From Rhodosorus marinus CCMP1338 (lineage: Eukaryota; Plantae; Rhodophyta), in the NCBI GenBank assembly GCA_029953675.1, contig JAMWBK010000004.1, positions 1,178,001 to 1,242,000 on the forward strand: a DNA stretch of 64,000 bases, in the 5' to 3' direction. The notes below the pieces were generated by a model. It saw only the letters and a program-made list of their open reading frames with translations, made no database searches and was not told the origin of the DNA. The position numbers and the translations under genes were made by a program. Within the stretch, counting starts at the first letter, position 1; each line of letters starts with the position of its first letter. This document shows, piece by piece, positions 23,011 to 34,508 of the stretch.

Positions 23011-23224
23011 TAGTGCACTGGGGCAGGCCCGAAGATGAATGTATTCAATACATACATGAAAAAGTTGTACCATTGATATATGCTTTACTACAACGAAAAC
23101 AATATATCGATGTGAGAATAAATTGATTGCCCCATTGACAAATGAACTATTGAACTGAAATCCAATACAAAGATGGACCTGCTACTTGAAAGGCCGGCAG
23201 TCTTTCATGAACGGGTGTGATGCG

Positions 23225-25790
23225 TACGCAAAACGTAAAAGGAACTAAGCGCTAGGAAGAAGAGCATGTAAGCCCCAAGCGACGGCGGCGCGCCTCGGCG
23301 AGCATGTTGCTAGAATACCGCTGAGTGCGATACTTAAACGGCGGAGGAGCACCAGATATTCTCCGGGATGTTCGGTAAAACGCTTACGAGCCTGAAGGCC
23401 CAGGGGAACGTCTCCGGCGGGAGGTACGGAGAATTTCCTCCAAATCGGACTCGCGAAGCGTCATATCTATGCGAAGTGGGCCAACTCTGGTCGGTCGAGA
23501 AGGGCAGCAAAATTGGGCTGGACCTCCACATCGGACCACGGAAATAAGGCGGATACCAGTTCCGCCAGGTCATCATAGGGGAGGACAGGCGCCGGTCCCT
23601 CCAAAACCGGTACCCCTCGACTCAAATCGCCAACCTCCCCAACTTTTTGCACCCGAGCCGTCACTTGCGAGGCACCCGTGGACTGGGCCGTGCGCGCCGA
23701 GGCCTCGAGCGACGTCATACACAAACTTTTGCAAAACCTCAAATTCCCCTCGCAGGACCATTGCGGCCGGTCCCGGACATGCCAGCTACGCGCTGATGTG
23801 CGAGCAGGGGCCAGGATCAAACGCGGCATTATCCCCAAGAATTCCCATATAACCACATCCCGCAGATTGCGGGCCAAACCCGCAAATATGAAGTCCAAAA
23901 TACACCCAGCCTGTAAGAGCTCCTTGCAAGGCAGTACTACCGGTGGAATCCGGCCCCTCGGAGGAAGTGCGCCCCCAAACGAAGAAACCCACCTCCGAAG
24001 CCAACTCCGAAACTGCGTCCTCCAAACACCCCGGTTCCCTCCCACCTGCTCAACGTTACCCTTTAGGTCCAGGGGCTGCGACAACGCAGCCGTACCAGAG
24101 GAGCTAACGATCGTTCTCCCCCTTAGACCCTGGGGAGTCGGTCCTTACTCGCTTGCCTCGTAGTCGCACTAAGGTATTGGCTCTTCCACTGCGCGAGGCG
24201 CGCGTGCATATGCCCGGGGCGTCCACGAGGCTCGTTGGAGTATCCTCCACCGATATTCCATCCAGCTCCCGTTCATTGTCCCCCTCCACGGAGGTAGTGG
24301 TGGCGCTTGAACCCTCAAGCACGTCCATGCGCTGTAAATCCCCCTTGTAGCGCGACTGCAATACCAACGGCCGCTCTCGATCAAAGAGAATCGACACCGC
24401 CTCACGAAGATGGCGCGGACCGGACCGAAATCGCACCAACAGGAGCCTCTCAAGGAGGTGAATACGGAACCAACGGATGGCCGCCGCCTTCACACTGCAC
24501 TCCCTCTCAGAAGTCCGGCAATCTGTCCCGGTGCCAGGAAATGCCCCGAGAAACGGTCAAAGGCAAAATGGAGCAACACCTGGGGGTTCTCGCGTAACCA
24601 GCGGGCACTTACTGGCCACAGGTCTGTTGGCTTAGGAAGCAGCGCCTGAAGATACGCGTCTGCAGTCGATGTCACAACGAACAGAACACCGCGTCCCTCG
24701 TAGTTTGCGAAAAAGAAATCCTCGCGCTTGCAGTCCATTGATTCCGAAAAGGTATGTCTAAAATCCGGCGTTGACGGGACCTGTCCCCGTGTGGGCTCCG
24801 GACGCACATTGCGCACCCAAAGAAATTCCAAAACTGTTGCCGAGTTTCCCTCAGTCTCCTCACGCGGTGGTAAAAACCGGACCATTGCAGCTGTTCGCGC
24901 TGAAACGTTAGCGCCGTGCCTCGACACCGAACAGTACGAGGGAGCCCCCCTCGGGACACCTCCTTAACCTGGGTGGAGGGGACCTAACTGCTGAATGTCC
25001 TGCCAACGTAGGGTAAAAATCTTCACATACGTCTAAAACGGCGCCCGTAGGTGGACCATCTCGGTCAGCACCAGTCCCCGAACACGGGTACTTGTTGGGA
25101 ACCCCCTTTCCATAAGCAAAATCCACACTGTCCCGAGCGGATTCAACAGCCCTCGCCTGTCCCGGGACAAGTGCATATTGACTGATCCCTGATTTTGACT
25201 GCTTCATGCCTTGCGGCCAGCGTGGCCACGTGGTCCGCCGTCAGCCCCGATTCCAGCGCACAGAGACGCAGAGTGAGCTGCGGTAGGACGCCCTTATCCC
25301 CGGCGGCGGTGACCAAACTGGTCACTGCCGACAAAAGGACACGCATTTGTGTGCCAGACGCACCCTGCAGATCCACCACCGTCGAGAACGTGCCTGAGCT
25401 CAGGTAAACTCGAATTCCGCTGCTGTCAACACCTCCTTGCTGTGAAGCTCCGTGCCCAAGGGAGCGGGGCCCGGGGAGACCCCAACCATCACGAGAGAGT
25501 GTGGTGAGGAAACTTTCCACAAAAGAACCCCGGCCAAAAACCAACCCAACCCAACCCGAAAAGAAAAAGACCGCACAACGCACCCCCAATAAGAGAGAAA
25601 GCCGAAGGCGCAAACCACACAACGCGAAACAACGGAAGAAGAGAGAAAGCCCCAGGCGAAATCCACACAACGCGAAACAGCGGGGGGAAAGGCAACAAAA
25701 GGAAGCGCCTCCCATGGAAGAACACAATCGTGACCGAAAACGACTCAATTCCCGAACCTCGAGAACTCAAAAACCAAAACCCGTCGTCTA
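23225..25790 (-). mobile_element. Internally deleted CRE-like element ('C'): 5' UTR, frameshifted ORF1 and ORF2 N-terminus joined to a B-like 3' end
   Basis: 5' UTR motif shared with A. ORF1 starts MVGVSP at 25489. ORF pieces at 24490-24927 and 23467-24084 align with A ORF1 and ORF2. After ...RSPGPSG (~23390) the sequence becomes RKRFTEHPGEYL (B: RKCFAEHPTEYL). Confidence 0.8.
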
Positions 25791-26788
25791 CAGAGTTTTA
25801 GGTACTTCATTGAATGAATTTGTTTTATTGGATAAAGGCCACAGAAGACCAGCTTCTCAGCTTCTTCTGCAGCGAACCACACCCCCCAAATCAAGTATTG
25901 AATGAATCAAGTATTGTGGCATCAGAATCTGAACGAAGAGGTTGGAATCGTCGACATGGCTTCCCAATGAGGCCATTGTTCTTTTGAGGAATTGCGTCTA
26001 TTTATTCAAATTTGTTTATTTCTTAATGTCCGTACGAAGGTATTTATATCGGCGAAACATAGACTTCACTAGAGAGTCCTTTAGTGAAGTGTTCACGGTC
26101 AAATTGTTGCGACATATCACGCAGGTTGGACCCCTGGAGACCCTGAAAGCAACACTACTCTGGAGCCAGATTCTCTACCGACCATCGGAGCACAACTGCA
26201 ACCTTGGGAAGTGCTCACTCTTCGGCTGTCACCCTGCCCCCAGACTGCTCACCCGAGATACCTGTAGGCGTGACCGTTTCACGAGCGGGCGTGACCATCC
26301 ACTCCATCCGGATTGGGACAAGGCAATATGGAAGAAGCCCAACGACAACTGCAAAATACACATGCCAAACCTTTCGAGGAGATTGCACATACCTTCGTCC
26401 GCAAGAACTGACCACCTCTGTTGCGCTTTTAATCAGAGACTAGACCTGACTACACATTGCGGACACTGGCGTTTCAATTTGGGCGCACATTGGCACGCGA
26501 AGCGGACTCCCTGTCGAGGTTACATCTCGAATAGGTTACTTGGATGCTGTAAACTTCGGCTGAATAAGACCCGGATGGTACACACCCTGTCTGGAAGCAA
26601 GTGGAGTCTCTGCAGATGAGGTGGCCTGGGCTTTGTCACACGACGACGAACCCAACCTATTGCATTCTGTACTGGATGGTTTAATACTTCCAAGTTAATC
26701 AAGGGCACTGGCCCTGCCTAGAACTGGTCAAACAACGGACCCTCGAAGCTTCCCTACCAGCCGACAGCAAAACCCCCCTCGCCTACAT

Positions 26789-28292
26789 GGACTTTACTGG
26801 ACTTTACTAGCATAGCCTGAAGCGCTACGCAAGGCGTGAAGATGAACTAATAACTAGGGAGGGAAGTATGCAACCCCAGGCGCCGATGGCGCGCCTCGGA
26901 AAGCATGTCGCTGGAATATCGCCAAAGGGAGACACTTAAACGCCTCAAGAGCGCCAAATATTCAGTAGGATGCTCAGCAAAACATTTCCGCAACCACTCT
27001 AAACCCGACTTATCGACGTGACCAAAGCTTTCCACAATGAATGGCTGGAACCGGTGAGAGCGACCCTCAGCGCAAGGCAGACTGGCCATGCTCTCAGCAT
27101 ACCGTCGTTCCTTAACTCTTCGAAGGGCTGAAGCCGCGGCCCCCCGGCGGCGGGCGGCTGCGGTGAGGTGGGCGCTGGCCACGGGGCAGGTAATCGCAAG
27201 GTCCACATATGTTGAGCGTCTGACAGCAGCGTCAGAGACGAGGAGATCGGCTATACAACGGGGCGGTGCAGAGTCCGAGATTGATCTGGGCAGTTCCGAC
27301 TCAACCTCAACCGTATGCCCTATCCGAGTCAAAAATTCGCTGAGGATGTACTTGAGGCGAGTGTGACGCCTCGTACGGAGACTTTACTAGCATAGCCTGA
27401 AGCGCTACGCAAGGCGTGAAGATGAACTAATAACTAGGGAGGGAAGCATGCAACCCCAGGCGCCGATGGCGCGCCTCGGAAAGCATGTCGCTGGAATATC
27501 GCCAAAGGGAGACACTTAAACGCCTCAAGAGCGCCAAATATTCAGTAGGATGCTCGGCAAAACATTTCCGCAACCACTCTAAACCCGACTTATCGACGTG
27601 ACCAAAGCTTTCCACAATGAACGGCTGGAACCGGTGAGAGAAACCCTCAGCGCAAGGCAGACTGGCCATGCTCTCAGCATACCGTCGTTCCTTAACTCTT
27701 CGAAGGGCTGAAGCCGCGGCCCCCCGGCGGCGGGCTGCTGCGGTGAGGTGGGCGCTGGCCACGGGGCAGGTAATCGCAAGGTCCACATATGTTGAGCGTC
27801 TGGCAGCAGCGTCGGAGACGAGGAGATCGGCTATACAACGGGGCGGTGCAGAGTCCGAGATTGATCTGGGCAGTTCCGACTCAACCTCAACCGCATGTCC
27901 TATCCGAGTCAAAAATTCGCTGAGGATGTACTTGAGGCGAGTGTGACGCCTCGTACGGAGACCTTTCAACAGTCCGCAGGAACCCAGGAAGTGGTAGCCA
28001 CAAGCGTCAATCCGGCTCTCACATCCCTGACAGAAAGACGGCCGATTAGAGTGCCACGGAGCCTGTGGCAAACCGAGATAGATCCGTGCGGCAGAACGGA
28101 ACTGGAAAGCATCGAGACGATGACTCAATGACGACGGTAGAGTGGTTAACCACAAGTGCGAGAGACGGCCTCCCATGCCGAGGAGACGAGCGGCAGTGGT
28201 AGGCGGCGTGAGAGGAGAATTGAGCATGACTGTGTGAGCGGCACTGTGTTGGCCCCAGGTGAGGCTATGTTGAATCACATCAGTGCGGGAGC
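26789..28292 (-). mobile_element. Two head-to-tail 5'-truncated family B copies (26789-27380 and 27381-28292)
   Basis: ORFs 26847-27332 and 27427-28317 are near-identical to the B C-terminus. The tail of the right-hand copy abuts the truncated 5' end of the left-hand copy. Confidence 0.93.
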
Positions 28293-28492
28293 TATGACGG
28301 AACAACTCCGTACGCAAATCCTCTGCGCAAGCGCAGGGAAACGGAGAAGGCTCGGGGAGGAAACTCTTCCGAGCAGCCTGCTGGTTGAGGGTTAATAGAG
28401 CCTCCTAGGATTGCAATTTGTTCTTCCTTGTATATGGAATCATGTTTTTACTTTGAAACGGGACTGGGCAGATTCTTCGAAAAGTTGAGCTC

Positions 28493-29053
28493 TCAAGCCA
28501 TACCTGCTTTGCAAGCCTCTAGATCAGCTTCAAGCGTTAGGACGAGGAGCTTTTTTGCATCTCTTTGCTCTTCTATGTCGGCGACCACTGACTCCCGTGC
28601 TTCAAAGCGGCTCCTATACAGATCGGCTTGGGCTTGCGCCTTTTCAATCTTACCGATTCTGAAATCGATCGTAGCCTGCCTGCGGTCAATTTTCGCCTGG
28701 AACTCAGCTATTCGAACGATGTTACGGGCGATCCTTTCTTCCTTGTCGTCCGAGGATATCTCCCCTGCCAATAGTTTCCTGTTTATCTCCTCAAATCTTG
28801 CCAGCCATCCTTCCGAGATAGATCTCTGCTCAATTAGCCGACCAAGGTATACTTCGTTTTGTCTGGCCTTGTCCTCCCAACTACGTATTCTGCGACCGAC
28901 ACGGCGTTGTATTTGCCGCAATTCTACTAGCTCATTCGCAAGACCTCCGAGGGAGGTTTTGCTCCTACCAAGCTCCTTCATAAGCTCGTCACATTCTCCG
29001 AGCGCTATTCCAACCGACAGGAATATCAACACGCAGGCGATTTGCGGCTTCAT
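28493..29053 (-). CDS. Hypothetical secreted coiled-coil protein, 186 aa
   Basis: ATG start, signal-peptide-like N-terminus (MKPQIACVLIFLSVGIALG), E/K/R/A-rich helical body. Confidence 0.65.
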   Translation of the reverse strand: MKPQIACVLIFLSVGIALGECDELMKELGRSKTSLGGLANELVELRQIQRRVGRRIRSWEDKARQNEVYLGRLIEQRSISEGWLARFEEINRKLLAGEISSDDKEERIARNIVRIAEFQAKIDRRQATIDFRIGKIEKAQAQADLYRSRFEARESVVADIEEQRDAKKLLVLTLEADLEACKAGMA

Positions 29054-30409
29054 CTCAGTTGTGTGGATTCGTGAAATGACCCCAAAAACGCGCAGACAAT
29101 TTTCATGGTTAACCTATTCTGACCACCAGTCTCCTCGTCTCTGCTTCTCCCCCTCACCTCAGTCCCACTTATTCTACGAAACGTACCCAGTGCGACTTGA
29201 GGACCTAATCACATACAACTTCCATAAGCCGACTCTTATATAGAGCAAGCTACCCAGAATTCCATTGACTTCAATCGCAATATACAAGCCACTATACGAG
29301 CCGCACTGTTTAGATTAAGATTTAGCCAAGCTCTCTCGAGTTCTAGTCCTCACACAATGCATCAGTCCCAAACCAGCTGTGAGAAAGAAAAACTCAAAAC
29401 ACCCCGCTACGCGAATTGTTACGAGTTTAGCCGCATCCAGAATTACACACACCTCCATCTAGGAGTGCGCACAACTCCGTCCAGAGGAGTACACGTAAAG
29501 CCAGTCGCTCCCAGAAGCATATCTGTAAACAGCACGCTATACATTAATTTGAATGAATCTGTTTCATCGGAAATTAGTTTGGGGTCAGTAGTCCACCCAC
29601 TCATCCAGTTTGGGGTTAGGACTTTGGAATATTGACGCTGTAATGCTGAAGTTGGATTCTTTAAAAGCGGTTGATTTGCATATATGACATTACGAGAGGC
29701 TTTGCCTGCAGATGGATGGGGCTCGGAAACTGAACCCGAAGATCACCCCCTTCGAGCACCAACGCTGTTTCCATACAAGAACAAAATTAGCAGGAGTTCA
29801 TATTCTGGTAAGCTTTTTCTTCCAAATTCAAACCACTGGGGGAGGCGAGTGTCCTAAGGGGCGACTCTCCCCAATTGAGAGCTTGGGTGAGGACAATTAC
29901 TTGCACAAACTTCACGGTCCAATGGGGGGCTCCCTACATAAAATTCTCAAGAGCGACCTACGTAAAAACTGGAATCCCCCCTTGGACCACCCAGGAAAGG
30001 GTTAGATTCCTCATCTGTAGCATCTTGTTTTACAATATTGTATATTGTGGTCTTTCATAGTGTGTAGCAGTCTATCTTCTTTTAAGATAATTTCGTCGTG
30101 TGTGTTGCGATAATTGGAGCGCTGGCTCCGGTTTGAGAAGATTTGAGATTGGATGTTTTGACTTTCCTAGGGTGTCTGGATACTTTACCATAATTCGATG
30201 ACTGGCGCTCAAGGCGAATACTGTGCGGCAACAGCACTTTCCAGCTGGTAATTCTGGTATTTTCTCTGGGTGAGAACAACGTAGAGCTTACAGTTCGATT
30301 CTGAAAGGGATGTTCGAGAAGAGCCCCTTTTTTGAAGATAATCAAGATTGCTTGTGGGAGTGGCGCCCGTCAGGTACGTATCAATTAGAAAGATTGCTGC
30401 CAAAAAACA

Positions 30410-30597
30410 CACTGATGATTCGGGAGTTGTTCCGCCAACGCCCTGACCGCCTGTCCTCGTGGTTTACCCATTTAAGTTTCTTGCTGGGGCGTATGGCGCT
30501 GCTTTGATGCTGGAGGTGCGCGATCTTCGCCGCGCATAATTTGTTCTTCCCCCTCCGGGGTTTTTCTTTCACTATCCGATTAAACAAATTCATTCAG
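30410..30597 (+). mobile_element. A-like 3' fragment
   Basis: IRELFRQRPDRLSSWFTHLSFLL and the tail ccgattaaacaaattcattc. Confidence 0.8.
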
Positions 30598-31090
30598 ATA
30601 GATCTACTGTCCATCGGTTTTCGGAAACCGCATCACACAAAAAAGTCAAACCCGAATCAACCCAGAACTGTTGGTTGATAAAAAAAAGACCATCCATCTA
30701 AAAACAGCAAGGGGCTCGTCTAGGTTGGATGCTGAAGAAATTCGTAAGACGATCGGTTGACCAGTCTGTATCATTCAGTCAATATCAGCTGTCGGAAGTG
30801 GCGTTTTGTTTTTCGTTTGGGGTATACTTTCGTGAAGCTTCCTGGAAGGACCGTTGCGAGTTTGCCCTCGGCTACCTGAGGGCAGAGTATCCGAGAACGA
30901 ATTGAGCAACTGAACTCAACTCTTTGCATCCAAGCCTCTCTGCATTTCGGCAATACGCGAATGGGTTTGTTTCGCCAGCGTACTCATCGGATGGATAGAT
31001 GGGTGGATGGCACGCCTATCTCGCCATTCCCATCGATAGTCCCCGAACTGCAGCGAATATAGTCTTCTTGGCTCGGAGTAACTTCAATCT

Positions 31091-31265
31091 TGACGTGATC
31101 CTCATAGAATCGACGGTGTCCCGATTTGCACTAGGAGCAGGGTAAGTCAGCCTTGACGAGCTCCTCGTAGAATCGCGGAATCCCGAATTGCACTAGGAGC
31201 AGGGTAATTTCAGCCTTGCGTGCTCCTCATAGAATCGAGGAATCCCGAATTGTACTAGGAGCAAG
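31091..31265. repeat. ~62-bp tandem repeat x3 inside a probable decayed gene on the minus strand
   Basis: cctc(a/g)tagaatcg...cccga(a/t)ttg(c/t)actaggagca three times. Minus-strand units read LLLVQFGIPRFYEE in shifting frames. Confidence 0.8.
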
Positions 31266-33896
31266 GTTTTCTTGGTCAGTCATTTCCCCGTCCAACCCCC
31301 GGGGATCCAGACACCATGCGAATAGTGGATTTCAGCCACGATATCGTTGACCTTCCGCTTGAGGAGCGCTACTACGTCCGATCGCCGTTCGTGATTCGCA
31401 ATGAACCAGACTCAACGAAGTTGAATAGCCGGGCCCACGGGAGTGCTACATAGCCTGGATGAATCGTTCTCGTCTCCGCCAAAGCTTAGACCAGAGTCAG
31501 TGATTGGCCCATCCAGTACATGGTGTCCATAGTCCTCCATAACAGCTCATCCAAGAGAATTGTCTGAAGCTTCTCCATGGACTTCATCTTTCGGAATTTC
31601 TGCTACAGGACGGAGCATTTGATCCATTCCTCGATCTTGAGCAGCTGCCCGAATACAACCAATAGCGAGTACCACCTGGTGACTGTTGTGCAGCCACACT
31701 GCAATAGCTTGCTTCCCCGTGCTTGTGGCAATGTCCTTCCGGAGAGCGCTGCTTCTTCGGATCATCTTCGCCACGTGAAATGAACTGTCCGAAATCTCTC
31801 CGAACTTTCCTACTTTGACCATGACTGCTCGGACAAGAAGGTTGGTCTGATGAGCCAAACAAGTACCTACGCGAACACAAATCCAAATTCAATACCTCAA
31901 ATCTGTAATCCAAAGTGTTCGTAACGAACATACGTCTCGAAGAGAGGGCGAACTAGTCATCAAGTAATAAGCCAGCACCATAAGAACGAGGTTTACCATC
32001 GACAAGTACGTAGCTGGAAACAGTACTTTCTAAACATAATTTAATCGGCTACTAAACAAGCGTCAAAGAACGATCGAAAGAGTTATCCTATCCGTGCGCT
32101 GCGAAATTGCTTATTTGCGATTAACCCTCTCCCGTAGGACTCCACGACCAGTCGCCTCGCCTTGTCGGTCGTAAGGCCGACAATAGTCCCTCTACCTGCC
32201 TGATTGTCTCGAGAATATCCTTCGACAGCTTCTCTGCTGTTGCAGTAACAGGAGAGGAATGCAAGTCCGGCAGACAGAGTTGCCCATCTTCCCTCACACT
32301 GGCCACGCTAAGCGTGCTCACCAGCGACCGTTGTCCAACCATCCACCACGATTGTGCATTTCTTGGGACTGTTCAGGAAGCCTGCCAACTCCTTTTCGCC
32401 ATTTCCAACAAGCTGTCCAGTGTACTACCCGCGAGTGTATGCCTATCCGGTATCGCCGCGTCGAACTGAAAACCCGTTGCCTAGTCCCGAAAGTAAGGGA
32501 AGTTTGCAACACTACACCCAGAAACGGACGCAAGTGGGTCAGCCTCCAGAACGCAACAATTAGTTCCCGCGCTATCCCTCTCTGTATGGGAATTGCCGAG
32601 TGTGAGCCAAGGATTTGTAGGGATTGGAGCAAGTTTAGTTAAACGAAACAATCCCCATAGTCAGGGTCAGCAGGAGCTCTCATTCTGCTTCATTCTTTCG
32701 GGAGGGGACATCCTCCTGCAGTTAAAATTCTCTACGCCGGATTCCGAACGCATCCGTGCACGCGGAGACGCGACTCCCAGAGCCCAGTCCACCATCAGGA
32801 GGATCACGAGGGACCTCTTTTTCCTCAGCAATCACAGGATCAAGCGCGGCAGGCACAGGACCAGCAGCTGTTTTTTCGCGGGGCCGCGAGCCCGGGAAAA
32901 ATCGGCTTGCCAGCCGCCAGCCGCCAGCCGCCAGCCGCCAGCCGTGGGTGCGGTCGGCAGGGAGACTGGTACAAGATGACATCGCCGATTGGAGCTCGAG
33001 AAACAAACCGCGGGCACTTTCAGAGACGCTAGAGTAGTAAAACCACACCAGAGTGTAGATCATCGCTGGAAAGACTGAACAATATCGGAAACTAGACACC
33101 CAACGCGCTCAACGTCGGGAGGGAGGTGCCCCAAGACCCAACCACGGCCGCTGGTTGGGTAAAAGCTCGGTTAAAGAGGCCTAGACCGCCTAGTCGTAGG
33201 GGTAGGCCCACTTGGGCACGAACGATATCACGGGTGGGGCACTGAAAATGACCCAACTCCTCATCTAAGAAATATACCAGCTCTCCAAAGCTCTCGTCGT
33301 CGGCACGGGTTGCTAGCCACCGGCCCAAGGGAGTCGGGAGCGAGCGGAACCAATAGGTGAGCCGCTGACCGCAACAATATCAGTACAGCAACAACGAAAA
33401 TAGCAAGAAGCCGCGAGGCAGCCGACCGAGCTCCGAGACCAGTTGCCGGTGTTTTCTCAGAATTTGCGGCAACACACCCTCCACAAACGACGCGGACCCA
33501 CAGAGGGTGCCCAGGTGGACAAACCCTGCCCGGCGCAAATATCCCGGAAACGCGCGGGGTCCTGCTGCTCTTGAATATCCACTCCTCCCCAGTAGAACGA
33601 CTTCGCATGATTGACTTCGAGATCGACGAGGGATGCCAGTGTGTGGAGACGATCGTCAGCCACCGCGAGGGTATCTGGAGGCTCAATGAGGCAGACATCA
33701 TCGTGGCAACCCACTGTGCGGACCTCCGGGAACTCTGAACGCAGGCTAAGCAAAACGACCTGAAGCCCACACGCGGGCAAAAAAGACGCCAACGGGTCAC
33801 CCTGTTGAACCCCGGTCCGCGACTCGAGGGAGTGCGAGGAAGGGCCGAGGGGTGCCATAAGTTGTCCCTTGACCCATCAAAAGAGAAAAGGCTACT

Positions 33897-34095
33897 GGAC
33901 TGGACTTTACTAGACTTGGACTTTACTGGACTTTACTAGCATAGCCTGAAGCGCTACGGGGGAAAAGTCGCTTGCGCGACGAAAAAAATTCTTGATGCGC
34001 GAGTGTTGGTAGCTAAGCCCGGTCTCCTTTAGTAAAAAGCGAAAAGAGAGTTCGTACAAGACAGAGCTACCTCGCGGACTTTACTAGCATAGCTG
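33897..34095 (-). mobile_element. Chimeric retro-insert: B 3' stub + U5 snRNA copy + B 3' end and tail
   Basis: 10-bp TSD aaaggctact at 33887-33896 and 34096-34105. Removing the insert restores continuity of the host A-like sequence. Confidence 0.85.
33967..34075 (-). ncRNA. U5: U5 snRNA copy (retro-pseudogene)
   Basis: Minus strand has the stem UCUCUUUU/AAAGGAGA closing the 11-nt loop CGCUUUUUACU (canonical CGCCUUUUACU). It also has internal-loop ACGAAC and CCG, outer helices GGUAGCU/AGCUACC and GCGAG/CUCGC, an Sm-like AAUUUUUUUC, and a 3' hairpin GUCGC-GCAA-GCGAC. Confidence 0.85.
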
Positions 34096-34508
34096 AAAGG
34101 CTACTAACAAAGGGAAAAGCTGCCGGGAAGACCTGGCGCACCACATGCTTAATGGCCGGTCGAGAGACACGATTAAAACCAATACTAAAGTCGACAGATA
34201 ATAACCCGTAATCCGGTGAGTAGGCCAGATCCCGAAGAGGCATGGATAGCAATTCACCGCCGCCACGATAGCCCACGCCCAACTGCGCGTGTCCAAAAAA
34301 GCGACGGGATTCGGGGACCAAAATCTGGACCAACTATTGACATTGGATCAGGTCCTATTCCGGCGAAGCGACCTGAAAATCAGCTAAGATGATTTTGTTC
34401 GAGGAAGGAATGAAACAACAAAGCGGAATTGAGAGTTACCATTACACTCGGGCGCGTAAAACTATGTTCGTACATCGATTATCACGTAGTTGAAATTAAC
34501 CCCCGGAG

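Larger units (their letters stand above)
32720..34335 (-). mobile_element. Decayed family A RT region, interrupted by the U5 chimera and a (GCCAGCC)n expansion
   Basis: Fragments VQILVPESRRFFGHAQLGVGYRGG, GVQQGDPLAS, GCHDDVCL and GRWLATRADDESF match A ORF2, with frameshifts. Confidence 0.88.

Noticed and set aside
31091-31265. CRISPR-like array (also 17289-17345)
   Set aside because: Units are directly adjacent with no unique spacers, the context is eukaryotic, and there are no cas genes.
33897-34095. Functional U5 gene, or a B insertion into a U5 gene
   Set aside because: The U5 copy is uninterrupted, co-oriented with B, lies inside one TSD pair within a dead retroelement, and has no flanking promoter sequence.
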